Assembly (NCBI RefSeq): GCF_006345805.1
Contig: NC_042999.1
Span: 115,320,001 to 115,384,000 of the forward strand
DNA length: 64,000 bases
Source of the DNA: Octopus sinensis
Lineage: Eukaryota
Direction: 5' to 3'
The notes beneath the pieces are model-generated. The model was not told the origin of the DNA. It ran no database searches and was given only the letters and a program-made list of their open reading frames with translations. Positions 1-11,917 of the stretch are shown one piece after another (the stretch's first letter is position 1; each line of letters opens with the position of its first letter). A program made the position numbers and the translations under genes.

Positions 1-210
1 TGAAGTCATTCACTTTTGCTTTTTATACTTTACTCCTGAATACACAAGACCTTAATTTATATTGAGGACACCTTCTGCTGCTAAAGATAGTATTAATGAA
101 TTGACTAACTGGCTTTCTGAGATGTAAATAATATATTGTGTGAATTATTTCAGAACATTGTACCTTTCATGAATACAAAATCTATTCTGTTGGGAATTTC
201 CTAATAACCA

Positions 211-444
211 TTCACCCTTTTGAAATCAACCCACCCATGAACACCTTTGGTTCTATTATATAAATTTTTTGTTTTAAAGTGATCTAAATTAAAAATTCCC
301 ATCAAAATTTTATATTAATTATTTTATTAAATATCAGCTCAATAACGACAAAGGTATTTTACTAAATGCCTCATAATTTTTTTAATTAATTGAAACAAAG
401 GCAGTGTGTTTCAACCGAAAACAGGACTAAAATGAAAGGATTAA
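211..444. mobile_element. piggyBac-like MITE remnant
   Basis: Degenerate ends ttcacccttttg ... tgaaaggattaa resemble TTAA-CCCTTT terminal inverted repeats. Confidence 0.45.
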
Positions 445-1770
445 AATATTCAACATATTAGATATTTCTCTCATTCTATATTTCTGGTAATGTAAAACCA
501 GACTAGACACTTATAATTGATTCTACTGCTCATATATTAATCAACAAATAAACTTTGATTGGGTTTATTTTACCAAAAATATATATTTCTATAAAACTTG
601 TAACTGTCTATACATCACCACTCATAGTAGATTGTTCCTTTTTGGGTTAAATAATGATTGAAAGATTGTATAGTTTATTATTAAATACAACACATATGTT
701 CTTTTTTTAACTTTATTTGATATCAGTAAAATATATATTAAATGAAGATATATATATATATACATATATATATATATGTTCTATTAAGACATTACAGAAA
801 ATATTTTCATGAACTTATTACAAATGCTGTTCATTATCAAACTAAAAAATATTTTTAATAACTTCACGACCATCCACATATTCACTTTATAACTCAAACC
901 AATGTTGTGGTAATCTGGTATTAGTGTTACGTGCAGAGGGAAATTTCATTTTATAGGCAATAATACTTACTATAATAAATTTACAACAAGCCATAACAAA
1001 AATATTATAGCAAATTTTTTTTATGAAAAATGGAAAGAAAGCAAATTTTAAGGTTTGGTAGCAAGTTTGAAGTATATGATTTTTTTTTATAAGTTTCTAG
1101 GATTTGCATTAAAAGAACATCTTCATGCAAAACTCTACAAAGGCGTTTCCTTCATTTTAAATTCAGAACATAAAAAAAATTATGAAAATTTATCTTGGAA
1201 TTTTTAGTACCAAGATATTGCATTGCTTTTATGAATTGTTTACAAGTTCTACAGTAAACAGTAATACCTGAAAAAAGCAAGAATTTATTTCAGAAAAAGT
1301 AAAAATTTATTTCAGATTAAATGAGATTTTAATATAAATATATTGTCTTGATTACTTTTGTTAGAAGTACAAATTTGCTCATAGATTTATTTATTTTTTT
1401 TTAGTTATAGAGCAAATATTTTTCAAGTCAGCCCTATGTTACAAATTTATGCTTTTCTCATTTCCATGACACAAGCAAAAGGCAGAGACCTTGCAAGAAC
1501 ACAGAAAGCGAAGTACTACATTAAAGTCATAGTAATATGAAAAATTATTTTAATTAGCTGCAGTGCTGTTTTATTTTTTAAATTTCCTTTTTAATTTATT
1601 GTTTCCATCAGTAATTCATTTTTAAAGTTCAAATACATATAGAACTACATCAAAAGACTATGATACCACATAAGGGTTGTTTTGAAAAGCCCATAACAGC
1701 TGCACTTTTGAAATTGTAACATCTGTAACAAGATATACACATCAAAGTAAAAAGTGAGTGTGTGTGCATG

Positions 1771-1854
<84 letters not shown>

Positions 1855-3292
1855 TTATTTATTAATGTTTGTTTTTATATTATAATAAAAACAATTTCAC
1901 ATTAAACTGAACAATTATTCAATACATTCGGTAGAGTACAAATTTATTATTATTTATTATTATTCTTAAACAAGAATAGTATTGATAGTGACTTTGAAGT
2001 TTCAGCTAGCTAAGCCATCACTGGACTGTCTAATGATGGCTTAGATGGGCAAAACACTACTTTTGTTAAAGAATATTGTGTGTGTGTGTGTGTGTGTGTG
2101 TGGTTCATCCAAACTCTGAAAAACCAACAATGGAAAAACAAACAACATCGATGAAAATATTTCAATGCATGGCAGCACAAAAGTCTGCCAGTTTTAAGTT
2201 ACAAGTACCATGCTTAGTATCATAAAATATTCTTTATGGAAATTTGAAATATATTTAGATATTAAAGACATTTAAGATGATCTTTAAATATCAAGATGTT
2301 ATGAAATTTTTGCTTGAAAAAAAAAAAAATCACTGCATGCTCTTTCAATTTAATTTGCAGAAAAATTTCAAAAAATAAATAAATTAGCTCTGATTACTGG
2401 AGAAGCTCATTTAACCATCAATTAAGTTATTTCAGACCAAGTAATTCAAACATCAAGCAAATAGAGAACATTATCAGAGATGTATCAAAAGTGGACGACA
2501 GAAATTAATAAATTATATAAAATGCTTAAATTTTTCAATATTTGCCATCTTCATAAACTTATTTGTTTTAGGCAGTAGCTTGTAGCCATACTGGTTTTTT
2601 TTTTTTTTTCACCTTAATGGCCTTTTTAAAGTAGATGGAAGGAGAGATTAATGTGATCAATATTGCTTCAAATAGGCTTTGATGTCACGCAATTACAATT
2701 CTCTTCCTTTATAAATCTAAATCCAACAATAGAAATTAATATTTCTTTTAAATATTCTGTACAAAAGTACTTGGTGAAAAAACCATTTTAATTTTCTTTG
2801 GAATTTCTGTTTGGTACTTAAGGATAGAGAATATTTTGCAAAATATTTTATTATGCAATGAAGCTGCCACATAAACAACTTTAACTTTGACATACATGCA
2901 CTTCTTATATGATTGGGCTTTGAATGCTAAGTTGGAAATGAGAAATAATTGAAGAACAAAATATATTAGAATTGTAAACTCATTTAACCACGTTGGCAGT
3001 TGAAGACAGAAAAATGGCAACATCTGATGCAATTTTTTTTTTTTAATTTTATGAAATTTAAACTGGAAAATTATATTTTGGTGGTGGAGAAAAAAAAACA
3101 GCTTAAATTTTTTTCTTATATTAAATGATATTTATTATTCTTTATTTCTCAGCTGTAATGTTACATTTTCGGCCAGAGTAAAGGGTTTTTATAAAACAAT
3201 ATTTACATAAAACCACATTTTAAAAATACCATTTTAGACTGCAAAAATCAAGCAATGTAATGACACCTTACAAGTCCTTTTTTTTTCATCAT

Positions 3293-3298
3293 TTTATT
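3293..3298 (-). promoter_or_regulatory. Candidate AATAAA polyadenylation signal of the epimerase gene (alternative at 3141-3146)
   Basis: AATAAA on the minus strand about 70 nt after the stop; the context is AT-rich, so it could be chance. Confidence 0.4.
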
Positions 3299-3367
3299 TC
3301 AATTTACTGGATTGAATATTTTTTCCCCCTTTTCCGAAAAAGTATATTGAAACAAAATGGATATCCA

Positions 3368-3540
3368 TTACAAAAGTGCTGTAATGGCAGCTAAAATTTG
3401 GCTACATTCATAGCTCTGACCAGGTTTCAGGACAATATCTTTGTTTACTCTTCCAGCTTCAACACAAACAAATTTCATATAATCACTATCACAAAGGTCC
3501 AGCATTGCTTTTGCTTTCTCTCTCCATGGATTCCAAATAA
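3368..3540 (-). CDS. G6P 1-epimerase last coding exon: (V)IWNPWREKAKAMLDLCDSDYMKFVCVEAGRVNKDIVLKPGQSYECSQILAAITALL*
   Basis: atgtttttAG acceptor, TAA at 3370-3368; WNPW, KAKAM.D and (F/M)VCVE(A) catalytic Glu motifs. Confidence 0.96.
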
Positions 3541-4759
3541 CTAAAAACATATACAAATAAATTTTAAATTATTTATATTAATAAAAAAAAGCCCTTAAAT
3601 TTTAATTAATCTATTCTAAGTAAACGTAAACAAATACATTCATCATTATAAAAAAAAGCAAATTTCTACACTGACGAACTTGACTTCAATCTAATTAGAG
3701 TAGTCCCCCTTCTCATTGGCATCTCCTTATGTGCAAGCCCTCTTTATTTCCAACATACAATTCTGTGCCTATCACAACAGTCTCTGTCCCTTTTGCTAAT
3801 GAACTACATCCGTTATTTAATTTCATTCTTAACAGTCCTCCGTTTGCTTATTTATTATCAATACATAATAATAAGTGATAGGTTTAAAACCTTACTAAGT
3901 CTCCTCATTATGCCTCGCTCTCTTAGAATATACAAAAATTAGAAAAAGCATTCTGTATACTGTAGATCTTCAAACCAAACGCTTCAAACTCCATGCTTCA
4001 GAGTGGAGTTTTGCTATAGGCACCCAAGGGCCTAGTGGTGTTAAATTAGGTGACAGATTAAGACTACTGCCACCATATATACCCCTGGCTGCGTTTTCGC
4101 AACGCAAAACATGCTCTTGCTTGCTTGGACATGAACACGCCGGGAAGTATCAGACTGAGCACACAAAATATTCAGTAGGTAGTCAACACCCGTAGCTAAC
4201 AGTTGCATACTGTCCTTCTCTTCCAAATTGTGAAAGCTTACCATAACGTTTAGTCTATTTTAAGACTTCATTTTTTTATGGGCGTATATGGGTTTTAAGA
4301 AGTGAAATATTGAAAAAGAAGAGAAGAATTAGAATAGGAATGTTAGATTTACTGTAAGTTGAGAATATTTTATATTGGTTCCTGTTTGTAAAAGAACTAA
4401 CAACATTAGTCATTTAAGAAGTGAGGAGACTTTAGACCAAGTAGAAAAATCGAATTTCAAAACAAGTCACTGAGGAGCCCTCAATACAGGTGCTCATCTG
4501 GTAGAAATAACAATTAACTAATCCTCAAAATGCACCCTACCATCTTAGAAATGGATAGAAATATTAGTTAAAGTAGTCCTTGATATACGATACCTGAAAG
4601 AAAAATGAAACAGTCATAGCTAGAGTGCCTCAATAACAGATCTCAACTAGAGTTGTCCCAGAGTTAATTAGCAACAGTTAAAGTTCTTAAAACTTATTCA
4701 CAATAATATAATAGAAAAAAAAGTATTAAACAAATAATAATGAAATTTATGAATGATCT

Positions 4760-5860
4760 ATAGATTTTTTTATTAGTTAGGTCTGGAGGAAGATGTGCCC
4801 ATGGACTTCACAAGTCCTCTTAGATTGGTGAAATTGATGATAACTACAGGATAAATATGTGTAGGGAAGGAATTCACAAAGGATGACGTCTTAAGGAGGA
4901 AACACCAGGCATAGTCATTACTAATAAAGTCTGGTGTAATGAGTACAATATAGGTAATGAGAGGAAAAATGATTGAAGTTGAAATGTTTGAGTTGAGTAG
5001 CATGCGACTGTCAAACTCTGAGGTTTAGAGAACATAGCAGTAGTGGTAGAAAAGCAGAAGAAGAAGACAATGTGTTTGTGGATTAGAGACTGGTCAAGCA
5101 GCTTTTCTCTTGATGTGGTCTAGGATGTGTGTGTGTGTGTGTGTGTGTGCGATGGCAACCGTGGCAACTTTCCAGATGTAGGAGCAGTAATCCATTATAG
5201 ACCTCACCAGAGTTTTGTAGAGGTTTAGGGGACTGACGTATTTTCTGGTCCTGAAGAAAAGGAGTAGTTCTTGACTTGCAGTCTTAGTAATGTTAATGAT
5301 GAGCATTCACCAGGAAAGATCCTCAGTGATGGACATATCCACTTTAAAGTGGTTAGCATTTGGAAGGGCATCCAGCTGTAAAAACCATGCCAAAACTGAC
5401 TTCACCTGTGCCAGTGCCATGTAAAAAACTCTGCAGGGTGGTTGGTGTTAGGATGGGATCCAGCCATAAAAACCATGCCAAAAACAGACACAGAAGTCTG
5501 GAGCACACCATAGGTTGTTTTTGAGGTCTCTGTTCATAGAATCAGTACAGATAAGGTATGAGATATCTAGGTTGCATTTGGATGAGACTTAGGTGTGGAA
5601 GATTAAGAAGGAATGAAAGGTGGTATATGCATAATAGTGGCTGTTGTTAGAGATGCTTGCAAGAAGGTCACTGATGCATAGCAGGAAGAGTATTGAGGAC
5701 AAAACTGAAACTTAGGACTGCTCGAAAACAGAGTGGATGTTAGAGATAGGCTTATCAGTATAGATTGTGAAAGTAAGATCTGACAGGAAGCTGCTGATCC
5801 AAGACAACTTGAAATAAAAAATATTTCTGTAGTCAACTAAATGAATTTATTAGAATGTTT
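4760..5860 (-). mobile_element. Decayed CR1/L2-group LINE 3' ORF2 fragment, interrupted by an RTE-tail piece (about 5345-5505) and a (GT)n tract
   Basis: Translates LNLYKTLVRSIMDYCSYIW...ILDHIKRKAA, a typical post-RT motif; homologous to 38560-39880. Confidence 0.7.
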
Positions 5861-5988
5861 AGTAAGAATTGCTATTACAGTTTTCTTGAAAGAGGCAAAA
5901 TTAAAGCCCTAAATGATTGAAAAATAGAATTTTATCATTATTATTTCTTCATTAAATCATATAAGAACTGAACAAAAGAATTCCTTAC

Positions 5989-6080
5989 CAATATCAGGGA
6001 AATTGAATGTTTTCAGCATTAGACTTCTATTGCCAGCCATATTTCCTACTACTATTTCATTTGGGGCATCCATATAAATT
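5989..6080 (-). CDS. G6P 1-epimerase exon: (R)IYMDAPNEIVVGNMAGNRSLMLKTFNFPDI(V)
   Basis: ttctttacAG / GTaagg; 92 nt, phase 2 to 1; forms FPD.V.WNPW with the last exon. Confidence 0.93.
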
Positions 6081-6379
6081 CTGTAAAGAATGAAATAGTA
6101 TTATGTTATTTTGATAAAATTTTACAATAAACTTATGTGTTGATTTTCAATACGATGCAGTTTGAGATATAGATTTTACTTCAAGTTGTTCTTATTCCTA
6201 ATATTTTACTGCTCTTGTTTAATATAAAGCTTATTTTAGTAGTATTTATTAATACTAACACTGGTGGGTGGATAGGTATTTTAATATAAATATGATAGAA
6301 TAGTATCAAATGTAAGAAATTCATTTCTACCAAGAGTAAGATTTTAGCAAGCAGATATAGTTACATTGAACTAATGAGG

Positions 6380-6560
6380 GAGTTTCTATGTAGTCACTTG
6401 ACCAGTTAGAAATAGCAACCAAATTTTTATAAATCACATTCTAATGTCTCTAAAAGGAAGGACACATTAGATTATGTACTCATTCATAGATTTAAAAAGA
6501 CGGGTTGGTCATGTGGGTGAAATATTTGCTCAATCAGGGCTGAGTTGGGACTAAATAATA
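6380..6560 (+). repeat. Old ~190-bp dispersed repeat (also about 4475-4675, 6690-6870, 23520-23640, 56865-57060, 58315-58510)
   Basis: Recurrent motifs TAGAAATAGCAxCCAAAT...CATCTTAAAA...GGTCAxAGCTGGAAT...GGGCTAAACAA in several diverged copies. Confidence 0.6.
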
Positions 6561-6989
6561 CTTGCACTGTCTATATGGTAGCCAGATTTAAACAATATTA
6601 GGTAGTCTCAAGCCTTCTCAATCCCTTAGTTATTGTCTTAAGAATGTTAATTTTGTATTTTGCTCATCACTTTAAACACATATGAGCCATCAAGGAGGCT
6701 TCTATGACAGCTACAAAAAGCACCTAAATCTCTCTCTTATCATATTAAATTATACCATCTTAAAAGGAGGAAACATTGGGCAATGTGTTCCAGGGTGTAC
6801 ACTGACCGAAAAAAAGATGTGTTGGTCAGTGCTGGAATAACTGATCATATTCTAGTGCTGAAATGACTGATCAAGGTGGTTATAGTGAGAGTCTAGTAAG
6901 GTGAATGACAATAACTAAACACATTTTTGAAGTTCAAATAATTTGAAGAAGAATTTGGAATTGTAAGTAAAAATAAATTTCTTACTAGA

Positions 6990-7215
6990 GAATAATTGTG
7001 ATTTCTATATTTGGCACAAGGCCAGCAATTTTGAGGGAGGGGATAATTTGATTACATCGATCCCAGCACTCAACTGGTACTTACTTTATCAATTCCGAAA
7101 GGATGAAAGACAAAGTTGACCTTGATGGAATTTGAATTCAGAATGTAAAGATGGATGAAATGCTGCTAAACATTTTGCCTGGAGTACTAATGATTCTGTC
7201 AGCTCATTGCCTTCT
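6990..7215 (-). mobile_element. tRNA-derived SINE family A copy (others: 20885-21100 -, 26335-26505 +, 33930-34140 +, 40285-40500 -, 43205-43350 +, 46885-47075 -)
   Basis: Shared body ...GCCTTTCATCCTTTCGGGGTCGATAAAATAAGTACCAG... and head TGGCAGAA..GTTAG / GAGTTCAAATTCC (A/B boxes); the 26335 copy is flanked by the TSD aactgaacataa. Confidence 0.85.
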
Positions 7216-7554
7216 CTTACCAGAGTAATATTAACTGTGAATTTATTGTGTCATATTGGCTGCCAGTTCACCAGGTTACATGTAGAATTATTTACAAGGC
7301 CAATGCAAAATGTTTTGCTTTCTTTAAACTATTTAGTTGAAAATATATGTCATCTCATTAGGAATGGCATTCTAATATAATAATTCTTGTTAATTGATTT
7401 GCAAACATGATCAATATGGAAAAATTCAAGTTATTATTTTTTTTTCTCTATAAACAAAGATTTTGGTAAGTTTGAAAAAGAACCAAATCACCAAACAAAG
7501 AATAGAAACAATAAGATGTTAAATAGAATGTCCTGAATATGATAAAATACTCAC

Positions 7555-7616
7555 CGGTCAATGTGTTCTCGAACTATAAGTTCTTCTTTTTCCTCAACAT
7601 CTTCACAGTTATTAAC
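7555..7616 (-). CDS. G6P 1-epimerase exon: VNNCEDVEEKEELIVREHID(R)
   Basis: ttttgacAG / GTgagt; 62 nt, phase 0 to 2; forms the DRIY motif across the junction. Confidence 0.92.
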
Positions 7617-9916
7617 CTGTCAAAAGCATATAAAATAAACATTTAAACCAAATTTAAAATTATAACTTGTATATCTCATATACCACTATACTAATGCTAA
7701 GTTTGGAGAGTGTTCTGATTATATTAATTTGATAGAGAATGGATAGCAAGAAATCTACAACAACCTATCATTTTGTGTCATATCAAACTTCAACTAATTT
7801 TTAAAAAACTTAATTATATTGAATTTATGTTTAATTTAGCATTAAAGATTATAAACATCATTATTTTCTCCTTGACATTTTAAAGCAGTTTTGGGCAAAC
7901 TAGAGCCTGCAGGACTTTCTGAATGGCACGCCTAATGAAAGTTAACCTTCAATTTGTTTCACAGTGTGACCCATCTGATGATGAATCATATCTCATGTGG
8001 TCCACTTCTTGGAGAGTACCCATGCCTGCTTTGAATATTTGAATATATATTTTTAATAATGCCATGTATCTGACAGTAATCTGGTGACACTTTATGTTAG
8101 AGTTAATAACATTAATTTAGAGATAAAGTAACAGACTAGCTTTATGATAAGTTTTAGTAGGGAAAGTATAATTGATTGAATTGACACTAGTTTTGCTAAT
8201 TTATGTGTGGTACTGACCCTGCCAAAAGATAGAAATATAAAAGATTGAATTTAAAATGTACAGAGGTAATAGTAAATATTTTATTAACTTATCACAACTT
8301 TTACAGATAAAAATAATAGTGGCAGCCATATAACTACTTATTCTTATAGTGTTCTTTATACTACCTCACACTAAACCCACTGTTACTATACACCAGCTGA
8401 GACCATGTCATCTTCCACCAACATTTTGATCTTCACATAGACTACTAAACATAGCAAAACTGTCAGTGAGAACAGAATAGACCACCATGACCTCATACCA
8501 CTGCATTTTGTTAAACACAGTATGGCTGTGTCCACTGCATGGTCCTAAACTAGACTAAAGCATAGCATATAATGTTTGTTGGACTTATTGAGTGTTGGAT
8601 AAAGGTATTGGGGTATGTGCTACTTATAGTTTGTAGATCCAAATCCATTGCTGGCATTTTGTCCTGTTTGTGGGTAGAAAATTTTATTTTACTTGACCTT
8701 CAGAAAACCTGGCTGGCAGGAAATGTCATAAAATTAGTGCTTAGCATTTTCCCATACAAGCTCCTTTGAGTTACACATATGCTAGACTTTTAGGTTACTT
8801 CCTTTATCTGTGTCATGTCTATTATAATAGGGCTGACTGAGGTTACTCAGAAAACAAACATTCTGTATACTTTAAACTCTTATATTTATATTTATTTAAG
8901 TAATTAATACAATAAAGATTAGGTCATGTCAAAACAACAAACTATGGCACTTAGATAAGTAATTCTTTGAAAAATCTGTCTTACAAACCAGTTAATTACT
9001 TGATAATTAAAATGTCTTAACTGAAAAACAAAGTTATATATTCTAATTGTATTTTTAAATCTTAAGAAATGTTTCTATGTCCTGAGGACTGATATTTCTT
9101 TATTATTGGTAACTGAATTAGCATTTAGTGTTTTTCAACTACTTCAGTTTGTGTTTCTGCATCCTTTCCCTCACTCTTTTTTCCCTTTATCTTTTTTCCT
9201 CCTCTTTCCAGCTGATATTAAGATAACTAGCTGACACTTCCAATTATACATTGTTTAATGCTCATAGAATTACCACATTGCTTTTTATGTCATAGTGACA
9301 TGAAAAATCAAATCAAATGCAATGCTTGATGATTATGAGGTAATGTTGATGCTAATGAGGATGATGATGTAATGGGTTCAATGAAAATGTTTCTAGATGA
9401 AAGTTAAATAGGTAATTTTTGAGAAAGATGACCAAATATAAATATGCATTTTATTCATGGTATTTTGAAGGAAAAGAAATTTTAAACATTTCAAGTTGAG
9501 TCTACCAACAGCATAATTTAGTGATAACAAATATTGAAATTAAATCGATGATGAAGAGGAGAGGGTAAAGTAGAAGAATAGATGAAGTGGCAGAGAAAGG
9601 AGGAAGCAAAAACTATCTCTGAAAGTTGATGTAAGATGTTTGATCAAGCTTTGATCAGGTACTAAGACAAGGGATATAACTCTATTTACCTTTATAAAAC
9701 TAGTAGAAAATTGATACCTGGTAATTTTGCATTAGATTTTGAACAGAATTCAATAGAGAAAAAAAAAAGACCCCCCCCCTCCCAAAACAGCCCTCACCAT
9801 AGCAACAGCAGCAAAAATTCATGAGGAACATTAATGTTATCAATCTCACTGGGTGGGAGGGCCTGTAAAGGCTACAAACTCTAGGCTTAGCAAGTGAAAA
9901 GAACAAACCTACTGAC

Positions 9917-10023
9917 CTTGTCTTGATAGTTGAGATTCTGTAACCCTATGATTCCAGATTTAGTTATATCAGGGGTTGCTAAGTAAGTATGTAGTAAACA
10001 GTTGAATCCAAAGGTAATTTTAT
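9917..10023 (-). CDS. G6P 1-epimerase exon: (D)KITFGFNCLLHTYLATPDITKSGIIGLQNLNYQDK
   Basis: tttatttcAG / GTcagt; 107 nt, phase 1 to 0; LHTY motif with the catalytic His. Confidence 0.95.
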
Positions 10024-10583
10024 CTGAAATAAAACAAAATCATAAACAATATAGGAAACTTATCTCTTTATTGTTACAATGACTCATTCATTCACATTTT
10101 CATTCAAGTAAATGTTGAAAAATGAGGTGAGGTATTTAGATGTAGAAATAAGAGAGTTGACTTTTTGTACAATATTTTAAGATATATTGCAAATAAATGA
10201 CAAAATAAATAAATATGTATACATATAAACACAATGTTTATGATAAGGAGGTCAATTTTTACATGCTTGTAAGGGTTGGATGAGTTCTTTCTTCACTGTG
10301 TTCTACCACTTCTTGAATTCCTTTTGCCATCTCCTTTGTGAGGTTCAGCATCATGAAGTCAGTTCTTACCATTACTGCTCATGTCTTCCTTAACCTTTTT
10401 CTTCCACTTGGATCTCCAGGTATTTCTTTATCCATTTGCTTAACATATATGTATCAATGCTGATGTCTCTCTGATTTTTGGTTTCTTTTATGCCTAAATA
10501 TTGTCTTTGCTTCTCTGTATCTTGCCATTCATGCACAGGAATATTTTAATCCAGTAGAACAGGTTTGTTTCAATAATTTACAG

Positions 10584-11390
10584 CTAGTGGTTAAGCTGTT
10601 TATTATTATTATTATTAGTATTAGTATTATCCCTTTGACCCTTGTTTATTAGTATTATTATTTCGCCTCGTATTGCATATTCTGTATAATTTATTAGTTA
10701 TTGTTGACCATCGGTTTTCCGGCCTCGTGTCTCGCTAAATACAGAATAGATATTTGAGTTTCTCCATACAGGATTTTTTCAATGGCGGCCGATTTTCGCG
10801 GGGTTCCACTATTCCCTTCTCTCTCTCTCTCTCCCTCTTTTACGTTGTATGCCTCCCCCCTCTTCCTTTCCCCCCTTCCACTGCTAAGAGCATTTTTAAG
10901 CCAGCCCGTCAAGTTCAACCTCGCATATTCGCCGTGTCAGGACGAAAAACGAAATGTTCCCAAGATAAGAAAATCTTTCTAATCTAATCCATTCCGTAAT
11001 CTGTACCAGTAATATTCTCATGCAAATTTGTCTGATCTCTAGTGGTTAAGCTGTTTATTATTATTATTATTAGTATTAGTATTATCCCTTTGACCCTTGT
11101 TTATTAGTATTATTATTTCGCCTCGTATTGCATATTCTGTATTATTTATTAGTTATTGTTGACCATCGGTTTTTCCGGCCTCGTGTCTCGCTAAATACAG
11201 AATAGATATTTGAGTTTCTCCATACAGGATTTTTTCAATGGCGGCCGATTTTCACAGGGTTCCACTATTCCCTTCTCTCTCTCTCTCTCCCTCTTTTTAC
11301 GTTGTATGCCCTCCCCCCTCTTCCTTTCCCCCCTTCCATTGCTAAGAGCATTTTTAAGCCAGCCCGTCAAGTTCAACCTTCGCATATTCC
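10584..11390. repeat. Partial tandem duplication of a 455-bp CpG-rich unclassified element (copy 1 10584-11038, copy 2 11039-about 11390)
   Basis: Direct repeat starting CTAGTGGTTAAGCTG at 10584 and 11039; only a handful of differences over about 345 bp. Confidence 0.92.
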
Positions 11391-11570
11391 CGGTGCACCC
11401 GCCCTTGCCCACCCCCACCACCCAACCTTCGCATATTCCCGGTGCACCCGCCCTTGCCCACCCCCACCACCCAACCTTCGCATATTCCCGGTGCACCCGC
11501 CCTTGCCCACCCCCACCACCCAACCTTCGCATATTCCCGGTGCACCCGCCCTTGCCTACCCCCACCACCA
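11375..11570. repeat. 49-bp GC-rich minisatellite, 4 copies
   Basis: CGCATATTCCCGGTGCACCCGCCCTTGCCCACCCCCACCACCCAACCTT starts at 11381, 11430, 11479 and 11528. Confidence 0.97.
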
Positions 11571-11603
11571 ATACTGGATATCTCTATATGCACCCTCCCT
11601 CCC

Positions 11604-11917
11604 ACATAAAAAGCACCATCCGAACGTGGCCGATGCCAGCACCGCCCCGACTGGCTTCTGTGCAGGTGGCACATAAAAAGCACCAACTGACCGTGGCCGA
11701 TGCCAGACCCCTCTGGCACCTGTGCAGGTGGCACGTAAAAAGCACCCACTACACTCGCGGAGTGGTTGGCGTCAGGAAGGGCATCCAGCTGTAGAAACAC
11801 TGCCAGACCAGACTGGAGCCTGGGGCAGCCCCTGGCTCCCCAGACCCCGGTCGAAACCGTCCAACCCATGCTAGCGCGGAAAACGGACGTTAAACGATGA
11901 TGATGATGATGATGATG
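11604..11917 (+). mobile_element. Young RTE-LINE 3' end with (GAT)n tail (other copies: 18825-19565 +, 27628-28210 +, 31090-31582 +, 32875-33280 -, degenerate 54620-55010 +)
   Basis: Same 3' UTR as follows the RTE ORF at 22963-23400: GTGGCACGTAAAAAGCACC subrepeats, GGAGTGGTTGGCGTTAGGAAGGGCATCCAGCTGTAGAAAC, and a (GAT)n end. Confidence 0.88.

Noticed and set aside
1225-1285. Minus-strand acceptor ttgcttttttcAG|gtatta as an extra terminal exon
   Set aside because: No matching donor in the last coding exon, and only a short uninformative peptide.
2748-3032. 94-aa minus-strand ORF
   Set aside because: No recognisable motif, composition typical of AT-rich non-coding DNA; lies in or after the 3' UTR.
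11375-11570. CRISPR-like appearance of regular repeats
   Set aside because: No unique spacers, no cas genes, eukaryotic context.
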